A stretch of DNA of 45,984 nucleotides, from the NCBI GenBank assembly GCA_964441745.1, contig CAYTYR010000006.1:62001-107984 (forward strand), read 5' to 3'. The position numbers and the translations under genes are program-made. The DNA is from an uncultured Clostridia bacterium. GTDB lineage: Bacteria > CAYTYR01 > UBA6262. Positions 18,559 to 27,016 of the stretch are shown here, in pieces. The notes beneath the pieces are model-generated. The model saw nothing but the letters and a program-made list of their open reading frames with translations, was not told the DNA's origin and did no database searches. Each line of letters starts with the position of its first letter. The first letter of the stretch is position 1.

Positions 18559-19404
18559 TTAGCCGATCCCGATGAATTGCAGGATATTAGTAAGGACTGT
18601 ATCAGAAACCAGAATAAGCACCATGGAAATAACCACAGACTGGGTCGTAGCCTTCCCTACTCCTTCCGCTCCGCCTTCAGTAGTAAATCCCTTATAGCAG
18701 CTGATCAAAGCGATAATAATACCAAAAACAACACATTTGATCAAACCGTGAGCGATGTCCTCACTGCGGATGAAATCAATAATATCATGGTAGTACCTGG
18801 TTCCCGGGATAGCCATTTTATAGACACTGACAAAATATCCTCCCAGAATACCCAATATATTTGAATAAATGGTTAACACCGGGACCATGACCACACAAGC
18901 CAGAAAACGCGGCACCACCAGATATTTAACCGGATTAGCTCCTAAAGTATAGAGGGCATCGATCTGTTCTGTTACCCGCATCGTTCCCAGCTCGGCGGTA
19001 ATAGCTGCCCCGACACGGCCGGCGATGACAATTGAAGTTAAGACCGGACCCAGTTCTTTGATCATCGAAAAACTAACAGCTGTACCCACGTAGAGCGGTT
19101 CGCCAAGAATATTCCTGGAAGCAGCGCCCATCTGCAAAGCCAAGACCATACCCACGGAAATACTGGTTAAAGAAGCGACAATCAGAGAATTGACCCCGAC
19201 TTCGTTCATTTGCTTATTGATATTTTTAAGATCATAAGGACGGCGGAATGTCCAGAAGACGATCTGGCCTAAAAGCATGACTAACTTGCCGATCTGCTCG
19301 GATACGCCGACCACATAAGTCCCCATGGATTGTATTAACTTGCTTTCAGTCAGCAGTTCTCTTATTTCTTGTTGTAAGGGTTCTCCGGGCAGATGTTTAT
19401 GCAC
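18559..19404 (-). CDS. mlaE: MlaE-type ABC permease
   Basis: KELGPVLT, AELGTMRVTEQIDAL, GGAEGVGKATT. Confidence 0.93.
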   Translation of the reverse strand: MHKHLPGEPLQQEIRELLTESKLIQSMGTYVVGVSEQIGKLVMLLGQIVFWTFRRPYDLKNINKQMNEVGVNSLIVASLTSISVGMVLALQMGAASRNILGEPLYVGTAVSFSMIKELGPVLTSIVIAGRVGAAITAELGTMRVTEQIDALYTLGANPVKYLVVPRFLACVVMVPVLTIYSNILGILGGYFVSVYKMAIPGTRYYHDIIDFIRSEDIAHGLIKCVVFGIIIALISCYKGFTTEGGAEGVGKATTQSVVISMVLILVSDTVLTNILQFIGIG

Positions 19405-19414
19405 AATAGCTCCT

Positions 19415-19500
19415 GCTTATGGCTTATGGCTTATGGCTTATGGCTTATAGCAACTACTGAACACTTCCCGTTTTTGCCATAGGCTATCTGCCATATGCCA
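19415..19500. repeat. GCTTATG heptamer hairpin repeat
   Basis: (GCTTATG)x4 GCTTATA GC, a spacer, then GCCATAG GCTATCT GCCATAT GCCA. Confidence 0.85.
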
Positions 19501-19509
19501 AATTGCGTT

Positions 19510-20625
19510 TTAAGTCTTGTATATTCGTGGCACCCGCTTGGAGATGCCGCAAACAATTTCATAACTAATCGTCTTGGCCCATTCAGCTACTTCATTGACG
19601 CTAATATTGTCCTGCTCCTGTTTGCCGATCAAGACAACTTCCTCCCCCACATCAAGGCCTTTCCTTCCAGTCAGGTCAATCATGCACATATCCATGCAAA
19701 CCCGCCCGATCACCGGCGCTCTTTGCCCCTGCACCAGCGCTACCGCCTTATTAGAAAGGCTTCTGGGATAGCCATCCGCATACCCCACAGGTAAAGTACC
19801 GATGAAAGAATTCCGTTTAGTGATGAAAGTACGGCCATAACTTATACTGTTACCTTTAGACAGGCGTTTCAAATAGACTATCTTTGTTTTTAAGCTCAAT
19901 ACCGGGTGCAAGGTAATCTTTTTTTCCGCACCTTTAAATGGCGCAATTCCATACATCATTAACCCGGGGCGGACCATATTGAGCGGGTAGTTCCTGTATT
20001 TTATTATGGCCGCACTGCCGCTGATATGTTTATATTTTACCTTAACTTTTTCTTGTTCCAACTCCTGAATGATCTTGATAAATATTTCTATTTGCTGGCG
20101 CGAATAGGCTTCATCGTCTTCAGCTGAAGCTAAATGAGTGTATAATCCTTCCATTTCAATGGACGGGAGGGTTTTGATCTTCTTGATCGTCGCTACCGCA
20201 GACTGAGGACGAATACCGATCCGTCCCATCCCTGTATCGACCTTAAGATGAAATTTAATTTTTTGCTTATGTTTTACTGCGATGCGGGAAAGAGAACGGG
20301 CGCCGGCTAAGCTGGCAATAGTGGGGATCAGGTTATAATCCAGGACATACTTAAAATTGGTAAAAGGGAAGATACTGCCTAATATTAAGATCGGCGCTTT
20401 TATCCCCGCCTGACGCAAGGTTATGGCTTCCTCGATTAAAGCCACTCCCAAATAACAGTGGTATTTTTCGCAAACCCTGGCCACTTCCAATGCGCCATGG
20501 CCATAGGCATCAGCCTTGACAATAGCTAGAATTTTCGTTTGCCGGCCTATTTTCCGGCTGATGTTTTTAAGATTCTGGACAAGGGCTGGCAGATCAATCT
20601 CTGCCCAGGTCGGCCTTAAGAGCAA
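19510..20625 (-). CDS. alr: Alanine racemase
   Basis: VKADAYGHG, KVDTGMGRIG, GYADG, GRVCMD. Confidence 0.98.
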   Translation of the reverse strand: MLLRPTWAEIDLPALVQNLKNISRKIGRQTKILAIVKADAYGHGALEVARVCEKYHCYLGVALIEEAITLRQAGIKAPILILGSIFPFTNFKYVLDYNLIPTIASLAGARSLSRIAVKHKQKIKFHLKVDTGMGRIGIRPQSAVATIKKIKTLPSIEMEGLYTHLASAEDDEAYSRQQIEIFIKIIQELEQEKVKVKYKHISGSAAIIKYRNYPLNMVRPGLMMYGIAPFKGAEKKITLHPVLSLKTKIVYLKRLSKGNSISYGRTFITKRNSFIGTLPVGYADGYPRSLSNKAVALVQGQRAPVIGRVCMDMCMIDLTGRKGLDVGEEVVLIGKQEQDNISVNEVAEWAKTISYEIVCGISKRVPRIYKT

Positions 20626-20650
20626 CGTTTTCTCCTTTGCGGTGTCCTAT

Positions 20651-22027
20651 CTATTTTACCGCGGCATACTGCGGTTGCTGCTGCAAGTTTTCAAACTTGG
20701 CAAATTCTTCCAGGAAATTCAGTTTAATGATACCAGTGGGACCATTCCGTTGCTTGCCGACAATGATCTCCGCTACCCCTTTTTCATCTGGCAATACTTC
20801 CTGGTTCTGCTGCCGTTTATAATATTCTTCCCGGTAAATAAAAGCAACCAGGTCAGCATCCTGCTCAATAGCCCCGGATTCCCGCAAGTCAGCCAGCTGC
20901 GGCCGTTTTCCCTCGCTGCGCTTTTCCGGCGAACGGTTCAGCTGGGATAAAGCGATCACTGGCACCGCTAATTCCTTGGATAATATTTTTAAGGCCCGGG
21001 TAATGTCAGAGATATCCTGTTGGCGGTATTCGATACGCCCGCTCCGGCCGGGCATTAGCTGCAGGTAATCAATCACGACCAAACCTAACCCATGTTCATG
21101 TTTCAAGCGCCGGCACCGGGCTTTCATTTCCAGCACAGATAAGGATGGAGAATCATCAATAAACAAGGGCGCTTCCACCAGACGGCTGGCAGCATTGGTA
21201 ATGCGCACCCATTCATTTTTTGCGGAAAAACCACTGCGAAGTTTTTGCATACTCACCCTGGCTTCAGAGCAAATCAAACGCATGGCTAAGTCTTTACACG
21301 ACATTTCCAAACTAAAAAAGGCCACCGCGATCTTTTGTTCAATGGCGGCATGCATGGAAACACCCAGGACCAGGCTGGTCTTGCCCATACTCGGGCGGCC
21401 GGCGATAATCACCAGATTACCAGGCTGTAAGCCGGAAGTCATTTTATCAAAATCGTAATAACCGGTCGGGACCCCGGTCACCAGCCGGCTGCCAGTCGTC
21501 TTTTCCAGCTCATCAATAGTATCATTGACTAAATCTTTCATCGCCAGGAAACCAGATCCGATCTTCCGGTCGGCGATCTTAAAAATGGCTTCTTCCGCCT
21601 TATCGATCAGGGCTTCCACTTCTTCAGAATCGTCATAGGAAATGGAAACTATATTGGTAGCTGTTTCAATGAGCTTGCGTAACATACTTTTTTCGTGGAC
21701 TATTTTCGCGTAGGTCTCTACGTGGGCCGCGGTAGTAACACTGTTGATCAGGCTGGTAATATAGGCGCCGCCGCCTACTTCCTTAAAATAGGACTGCTTC
21801 TTTAGTTCATCGCTTAAGGTCAGAGCGTCAATTGCCTCCCCCTTATCATAGAGCGATAATATCGTCCGGTAGAGCAATTGATGAGATTCTTTATAAAAAT
21901 CTCCGGCTTGCAGGATCTCAATAGTCTTAGGAATAGCTTCTTTCTCGATCAGCATTGATCCCAAAACAGCTTTTTCCGCGTCCAGGTTCTGCGGCGGTAT
22001 CTTGTCCACAAGAGATCTTTCAGCCAT
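20651..22027 (-). CDS. dnaB: Replicative DNA helicase
   Basis: GRPSMGKT, DYLQL, SQLNR, DLRESGAIEQDAD, KQRNGP; no intein. Confidence 0.98.
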   Translation of the reverse strand: MAERSLVDKIPPQNLDAEKAVLGSMLIEKEAIPKTIEILQAGDFYKESHQLLYRTILSLYDKGEAIDALTLSDELKKQSYFKEVGGGAYITSLINSVTTAAHVETYAKIVHEKSMLRKLIETATNIVSISYDDSEEVEALIDKAEEAIFKIADRKIGSGFLAMKDLVNDTIDELEKTTGSRLVTGVPTGYYDFDKMTSGLQPGNLVIIAGRPSMGKTSLVLGVSMHAAIEQKIAVAFFSLEMSCKDLAMRLICSEARVSMQKLRSGFSAKNEWVRITNAASRLVEAPLFIDDSPSLSVLEMKARCRRLKHEHGLGLVVIDYLQLMPGRSGRIEYRQQDISDITRALKILSKELAVPVIALSQLNRSPEKRSEGKRPQLADLRESGAIEQDADLVAFIYREEYYKRQQNQEVLPDEKGVAEIIVGKQRNGPTGIIKLNFLEEFAKFENLQQQPQYAAVK

Positions 22028-22040
22028 ACTTTTTCCTCTT

Positions 22041-22152
22041 AAGTTTCTGGGCCTTGGGTTAGGAAGTAAGTTTAGTCTGAGGTCTATGGGTGTTAGGCTC
22101 TAACCCATAAACTAGAGACTTACTTCCATACCTACTTCCACAACCTGTAACC
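22041..22152. repeat. ~110-bp hairpin element, copy 5
   Basis: Matches the family consensus; TATGGGT/ACCCATA inner stem. Confidence 0.85.
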
Positions 22153-22154
22153 TA

Positions 22155-22598
22155 CTATTCTTTGACTACCAATACTTTCAATTTCGGCATAATCTCACTA
22201 GTTAACTTGATCGGGACATGATATAAGCCAAGTTCTTTGATCGGTTTTTCTATTTCGATTATTTTCTTATCTATGTCCAGTCCTTCTTTTTTTAACGCCT
22301 CTTGCAGGTCCTGGCTGGTCACGGAACCGAATAATTTATCTCCTTCACCGGCTTTCATTTTCAGGGTACAAGATATTTTTTCAATTTTCTCGGCTATAAC
22401 TTTAGCTTCTTCACGATGTTTAGCCAGGTGTTTGGCCTCCACTTTCCTTAGTTCTTCGTACTGGACCATATTATGGGTGGTGGCTTCCAATGCCAGGTTT
22501 TGCGGGAACAGGAAATTGCGGGCATAACCTGCGGAAACATCCACGATCTCACCCTTATTACCAACTTTAGGGATACTGTCTTTCATTATTACTTTCAT
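22155..22598 (-). CDS. rplI: 50S ribosomal protein L9
   Basis: GYARNFLFP, KLFGSVT. Confidence 0.97.
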   Translation of the reverse strand: MKVIMKDSIPKVGNKGEIVDVSAGYARNFLFPQNLALEATTHNMVQYEELRKVEAKHLAKHREEAKVIAEKIEKISCTLKMKAGEGDKLFGSVTSQDLQEALKKEGLDIDKKIIEIEKPIKELGLYHVPIKLTSEIMPKLKVLVVKE

Positions 22599-22616
22599 TG
22601 CTCCTCCTCTAAATTA

Positions 22617-22692
22617 GCCGCGGGTCTCGAGTCACGGGTCAAACAGATTTTAAACTAGATAACTAGCGACTAGAAACTAGTCCCTAGCGACT
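22617..22692. repeat. GTCNCGR / ACTAGNN heptamer repeat overlapping the upstream stop codon
   Basis: GCCGCGG GTCTCGA GTCACGG GTC ... ACTAGAT AACTAGCG ACTAGAA ACTAGTC CCTAGCG ACT. Confidence 0.6.
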
Positions 22693-23612
22693 GCTTTATT
22701 AATTTTACGCCAATCCACCCATATATCTAACAAGCCAAAGAAGGCAACAACGAACCACAAATCACGATTCAGCGCAACCAGGAGATAAAACAATACCTGC
22801 GGCAGTTTACCGGCTTTGGCTTGATGAAAGTAATAGCTGGCAATGCCCAACCCCTGGATAAAATATACAAAACCAACCACTACTAAAATATTCAACACAC
22901 TAACATAAAGCCAGTGGGCCTGGGAAACTTTTAGGATCTTGTCTCCGACCAGTAAGCCGCTGGGGACTATAAATCCCCAAACCAGCCAGTCAGGACAATG
23001 CCATAACCGCAATGCCGTCAACGATTTGATAGTGCGGCCAAAACGACGCAATAATTGGCTGCTAAGGAGATAATCAATATAGACAGCAAACCAAACACTG
23101 ATCGCCAGCAAAGACGGCCAAATAAGTTCAAGGATCCTGAGTATCCGCCAGCTATTGCGCTTGATCAAGGACAATTCTTCAATACTCACCCCGCGGTTTT
23201 GATAAAACTTGTAGGCTTTATCCAAAGAATCGCGCAATACCCGTTGCATTTCCAATGAGAATTTTAACTGTCCTACCTGTTCCAAAATGACTATTAACAA
23301 TACCAGGCAGCCCAGCAATAAGGCCGCACTTAAAAATATGGTCGGCCAGGCTTTGGTATCTTTTTTTATCAACATTCCCAGCGCCAACGCTGGCAGGCCG
23401 GCAATCAGCAGGAAAATCAGGCTGATCAAATTAATCCCGGATAGCAACCAAATAGCTAACGCCGCCAACAGCATCCCCCCCAACGCATACCTGGGACCTT
23501 TGAGGCAGTACAGGAGCGCCAAAGGTATTAAGGCCAACAAAGTAAACGGGGGCCAAAATAATACGATACTGCTTAATATTAGCGCTGCCAATAACCGGTA
23601 AGATTGCGCCAT
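22677..23612 (-). CDS. DUF2232 (YybS-like) membrane protein
   Basis: Multi-TM; YFIQGL and GLLDIWVDWRK motifs; located between rpsR and rplI. Confidence 0.85.
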   Translation of the reverse strand: MAQSYRLLAALILSSIVLFWPPFTLLALIPLALLYCLKGPRYALGGMLLAALAIWLLSGINLISLIFLLIAGLPALALGMLIKKDTKAWPTIFLSAALLLGCLVLLIVILEQVGQLKFSLEMQRVLRDSLDKAYKFYQNRGVSIEELSLIKRNSWRILRILELIWPSLLAISVWFAVYIDYLLSSQLLRRFGRTIKSLTALRLWHCPDWLVWGFIVPSGLLVGDKILKVSQAHWLYVSVLNILVVVGFVYFIQGLGIASYYFHQAKAGKLPQVLFYLLVALNRDLWFVVAFFGLLDIWVDWRKINKAVARD

Positions 23613-23618
23613 GGGACT

Positions 23619-23903
23619 TTATGAAGTAGCGTACGGCAATAAAGCTACCGCCCGGGCTCTCTTTACTGCCCGGATAACGGAACGTTGATGACGCGCGCAA
23701 TTACCAGTAACACGACGCGGCAATATTTTACCACGTTCAGTCACAAAATTTCTGAGGAGACCTATATTCTTAAAATCTATTTCTTCTTTATTGGCGCAGA
23801 ACCGGCAAGGTTTACGCCTGAATTGTCCCCTGCGCCCTCCTGGCCCGCCTTCGCGCCGCGGTCCGGCAGGTCTTGATGATGATTTTGGCCTGGCTGTATA
23901 CAT
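23619..23903 (-). CDS. rpsR: 30S ribosomal protein S18
   Basis: [33 protein letters not shown]. Confidence 0.97.
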   Translation of the reverse strand: MYTARPKSSSRPAGPRREGGPGGRRGQFRRKPCRFCANKEEIDFKNIGLLRNFVTERGKILPRRVTGNCARHQRSVIRAVKRARAVALLPYATS

Positions 23904-23923
23904 TAAACTTCCCCCTTATTAGT

Positions 23924-23996
23924 CAGCGTATAGCGGGTAGCGTTTAGCGTATAGATCTTGTTTTCCTATCCGCTTTACGCTCTACGCTTTACGCTA
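23924..23996. repeat. TAGCGTA heptamer hairpin repeat
   Basis: CAGCGTA TAGCGGG TAGCGTT TAGCGTA TAG ... CTATCCGC TTTACGC TCTACGC TTTACGC TA. Confidence 0.85.
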
Positions 23997-23999
23997 TTT

Positions 24000-24440
24000 T
24001 TAAAATGGTATTTCTTCGTCCAGGTTTTCTTCTTCTGTTTTAGCGCCTTTGGCTGGAGCTTCCTTAGCCCATTTCGTCCCGTCGCTCTCTGCCGCATTCT
24101 GGTTTTTGGCCCGGTCCAAGAACTGGACATGTTGCGCGATGACTTTCAATTTGCTCTTTTTTGTGCCATCATTTTTATCTTCCCAGGAATCCTGCTGTAA
24201 GCGTCCTTCTACATAAACAGAGCTGCCCTTGCCTAAATATTGCTTGATCAGCTCGGCTTGCTTACCCCAGGCTACGATAGGTATAAAATCTGTTTTTTCC
24301 TGAGACTGCCCAGCCTTATCTTTATAACGCTGGTTGATCGCAATGGTAAATTCTATGACCGCCTGCCCACCGGGTATATAGCGTAACTCTAAATCCCGGG
24401 TAATGTTACCGATCAAGATCACTTTATTTGCATTAGCCAC
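24000..24440 (-). CDS. ssb: Single-stranded DNA-binding protein
   Basis: NKVILIGN, VEGRL, C-terminal DEEIPF. Confidence 0.97.
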   Translation of the reverse strand: MANANKVILIGNITRDLELRYIPGGQAVIEFTIAINQRYKDKAGQSQEKTDFIPIVAWGKQAELIKQYLGKGSSVYVEGRLQQDSWEDKNDGTKKSKLKVIAQHVQFLDRAKNQNAAESDGTKWAKEAPAKGAKTEEENLDEEIPF

Positions 24441-24803
24441 TTAAGCCTCCACTTTCGGTTCGGCAGAAGCTGCCGGAGCCACCTTCACTTTCTCTTTTTT
24501 GGGTTTGATCCTTCTGGGTTTCCTTACTTTGGTCGTAATAGAACGGATGATCCCGTCGGTTACTTGATACATATTCTTCAAACTGTTTACCATTTCCGGA
24601 GTAGTTTTGAAATTCAGATAGACGAAAAAGCCCTCCCGGTATTTTTTGACCTGGAAAGCCGTCTTTTTAAGACCCCATTTATCCAGATGGATCACTTCCC
24701 CGCTGCTGGACGTGATCATTTTCTCTAATTTGGCGATTACTTTGTCTATCTCTTCAGCCGCTAGATCCGGCCTAAAAATAATAATACTTTCATAACTATG
24801 CAT
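24441..24803 (-). CDS. rpsF: 30S ribosomal protein S6
   Basis: Start MHSYESIIIFRPD (ATG 24803, RBS GAGGAGG); WGLKKTAFQVKK. Confidence 0.95.
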   Translation of the reverse strand: MHSYESIIIFRPDLAAEEIDKVIAKLEKMITSSSGEVIHLDKWGLKKTAFQVKKYREGFFVYLNFKTTPEMVNSLKNMYQVTDGIIRSITTKVRKPRRIKPKKEKVKVAPAASAEPKVEA

Positions 24804-24840
24804 CCCGCTCAACCTCCTCATAATATAAAACTTGATTATT

Positions 24841-24918
24841 ATATGTAACGCTCATTATCGACCGGATACCTGCCTTATTGCTTCAACCGACAGGTTACCC
24901 GGAATAAACGCACCATAT
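24841..24918 (-). promoter_or_regulatory. Long stem-loop in the rpsF 5' leader
   Basis: ATATG/CATAT, GCGTTTATT/AATGAGCGT, CCGGGTA/TATCCGG and CCTGTC/GGCAGG helices, with G-U pairs on the minus strand. Confidence 0.6.
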
Positions 24919-24926
24919 CTTTGTTT

Positions 24927-24955
24927 ATCATACTATAAAAAATGCCTTTTGGCAA
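24927..24955 (-). promoter_or_regulatory. Putative sigma70 promoter for the rpsF operon
   Basis: TTGCCA-17 nt-TATGAT. Confidence 0.65.
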
Positions 24956-24961
24956 GGTATT

Positions 24962-27016
24962 TTACCGGCCAAATAAGGCAAAAAGAGCAGTATGCAATTT
25001 CAAGATCAGCGGGGCCAGTACCAGCGAAACAACCGCCATCAGTTTTAACAAGATGTTCAGGCTGGGGCCAGCAGTGTCTTTAAACGGATCACCGACTGTA
25101 TCGCCGATCACCGCAGCTTTATGCGCGTCTGATCCCTTACCACCCAGGTTACCGGCTTCAATATACTTCTTAGAATTATCCCAGGCCCCGCCGGCATTAG
25201 CAAAAAAGACAGCCAGAGGAACCCCGGTTACCAGTGATCCTACCAGTAAACCGCCCAGAGCGGCCGGGCTGATGAAGATTCCGACTGCCACCGGAATGAC
25301 TAAAGCCATGACACTGGGGAAAACCATTTTCTGCAAAGCAAAAGAAGTAGTAATATCCACACACTTGGCATAATCTGGTTTAGCTTTACCTTCCATTAAG
25401 CCAGGAATTTCCTTAAATTGGCGGCGCACTTCTTCCACCACCTTAAAAGCTGCATCCCCAACTGCCTGCATGGCCTTGGCTGAGAAAAAGAATGGCACTA
25501 CTCCGCCGATGAACATACCGGCAACCACAGTGGCGTTCAAGGCGTCAATACTGGCTATACTGATAACCTGGCTGTAGGCCACAAATAAAGCTAAGGCAGT
25601 AAGGGCAGCTGAGCCAATGGCAAATCCCTTGCCGATAGCAGCGGTAGTATTCCCCACAGCGTCGAGCGTTTCACAGCGTTTTCTCACCTCTGGACCCATA
25701 TGGGCCATTTCCGCGATCCCGGCGGCATTGTCCGCGATCGGTCCATAGGCATCTACCGCGACCGTCATCCCGGTAATAGAAAGCATCCCGATAGCAGCTA
25801 AAGCTATACCAAAGATCCCAGCGAAATAATAGGAAATAATGGTCGCCAAGGCGATCACGACCAAGGGTATGACAGTGCTGTTCATCGCTATGGCCATACC
25901 TTCAATGATCAGCGTGGCCGGACCGGTTTTGGCGTTATCCGCAATTTTTTCAACGATTTTACCGCTGGTAAAATATTCGGCCACGAAACCCACGATCATC
26001 CCGGATAATAAGCCGGCTAATACTGCCCAGAATAAATTGATACTGCCATACCAAAAATACGTACAGGCATAAGCGCCGATAATTAACAATACCGCACTCA
26101 CGATCAAGCCCATGCGCAAAGCAGTCTGCGGGTTGGTTTTTTCATCAGTACGGACAAAAAAGACCCCGATAATAGTCGCAAAAACACCCACGGCGGAAAG
26201 CAATAAGGACAGCATTACGCCCTTCGTCCCCACGCCCATAGCCGTGACGGCGATCACCAGCGCTGAAACAATGGCGCCGACATATGATTCGAAGAGGTCT
26301 GCACCCATTCCGGCCACGTCGCCGACATTGTCGCCAACATTATCAGCGATCACTGCCGGATTACGCGGGTCATCTTCAGGAATGCCTTTTTCTACTTTGC
26401 CGACCAGGTCTGCTCCCACATCCGCGGCTTTGGTATAGATTCCGCCGCCAACCCGGGCAAATAAGGCCACAGAACTGGCGCCCATGGAAAATCCAGCAAT
26501 AAGCTGGACCGCTTCAAAGATGGCTAGTTCCATACTGGCCTGGTGCTGTACGGCATGCCAGATATAAACTATAAATATCAGGGAAAGGCCAAAAAGGCCG
26601 ATACCCACTACATTCATCCCCATCACTGCCCCACCGGGGAAAGCGACCCCGATGGCTTCATTATAACTCTTGCTCGCCGCTTGCGCCGTGCGGCAATTGG
26701 CTTTGGTCGCAATTTTCATGCCCAGATAACCGGCGCAGACAGAACAAAATGCTCCAGCGATAAAAGAGATAGCCGTCTTTTTAGCGACACCAAAAAACAG
26801 GACTACCGCCACGATCAGGACGAAAATCGTGATAGCGCGGTATTCCCTTTTTAAGAACGCCATGGCTCCCTGCTGGATAGCCTCACTGATCTCCTGCATC
26901 GCCGGGGTGCCTGGATCTTTTTTGGCTATCTTCCACGATAAATAAGCGGCGAAAAGAATACCGATAAACCCTGTGCCTAACGCGATCAACAACGAAGTCA
27001 AATCTTGCCAGATCAT
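24962..27016 (-). CDS. hppA: Membrane-bound pyrophosphatase, K+-dependent type (probably Na+-translocating)
   Basis: [52 protein letters not shown]; start ATG 27016 (RBS AAGGAGGAGG). Confidence 0.95.
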   Translation of the reverse strand: MIWQDLTSLLIALGTGFIGILFAAYLSWKIAKKDPGTPAMQEISEAIQQGAMAFLKREYRAITIFVLIVAVVLFFGVAKKTAISFIAGAFCSVCAGYLGMKIATKANCRTAQAASKSYNEAIGVAFPGGAVMGMNVVGIGLFGLSLIFIVYIWHAVQHQASMELAIFEAVQLIAGFSMGASSVALFARVGGGIYTKAADVGADLVGKVEKGIPEDDPRNPAVIADNVGDNVGDVAGMGADLFESYVGAIVSALVIAVTAMGVGTKGVMLSLLLSAVGVFATIIGVFFVRTDEKTNPQTALRMGLIVSAVLLIIGAYACTYFWYGSINLFWAVLAGLLSGMIVGFVAEYFTSGKIVEKIADNAKTGPATLIIEGMAIAMNSTVIPLVVIALATIISYYFAGIFGIALAAIGMLSITGMTVAVDAYGPIADNAAGIAEMAHMGPEVRKRCETLDAVGNTTAAIGKGFAIGSAALTALALFVAYSQVISIASIDALNATVVAGMFIGGVVPFFFSAKAMQAVGDAAFKVVEEVRRQFKEIPGLMEGKAKPDYAKCVDITTSFALQKMVFPSVMALVIPVAVGIFISPAALGGLLVGSLVTGVPLAVFFANAGGAWDNSKKYIEAGNLGGKGSDAHKAAVIGDTVGDPFKDTAGPSLNILLKLMAVVSLVLAPLILKLHTALFALFGR

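Noticed and set aside
24841-24918. SRP (4.5S) RNA or 6S RNA
   Set aside because: No CAGG/GNRA/AGCA domain IV motif, and too short without a central bubble for 6S.
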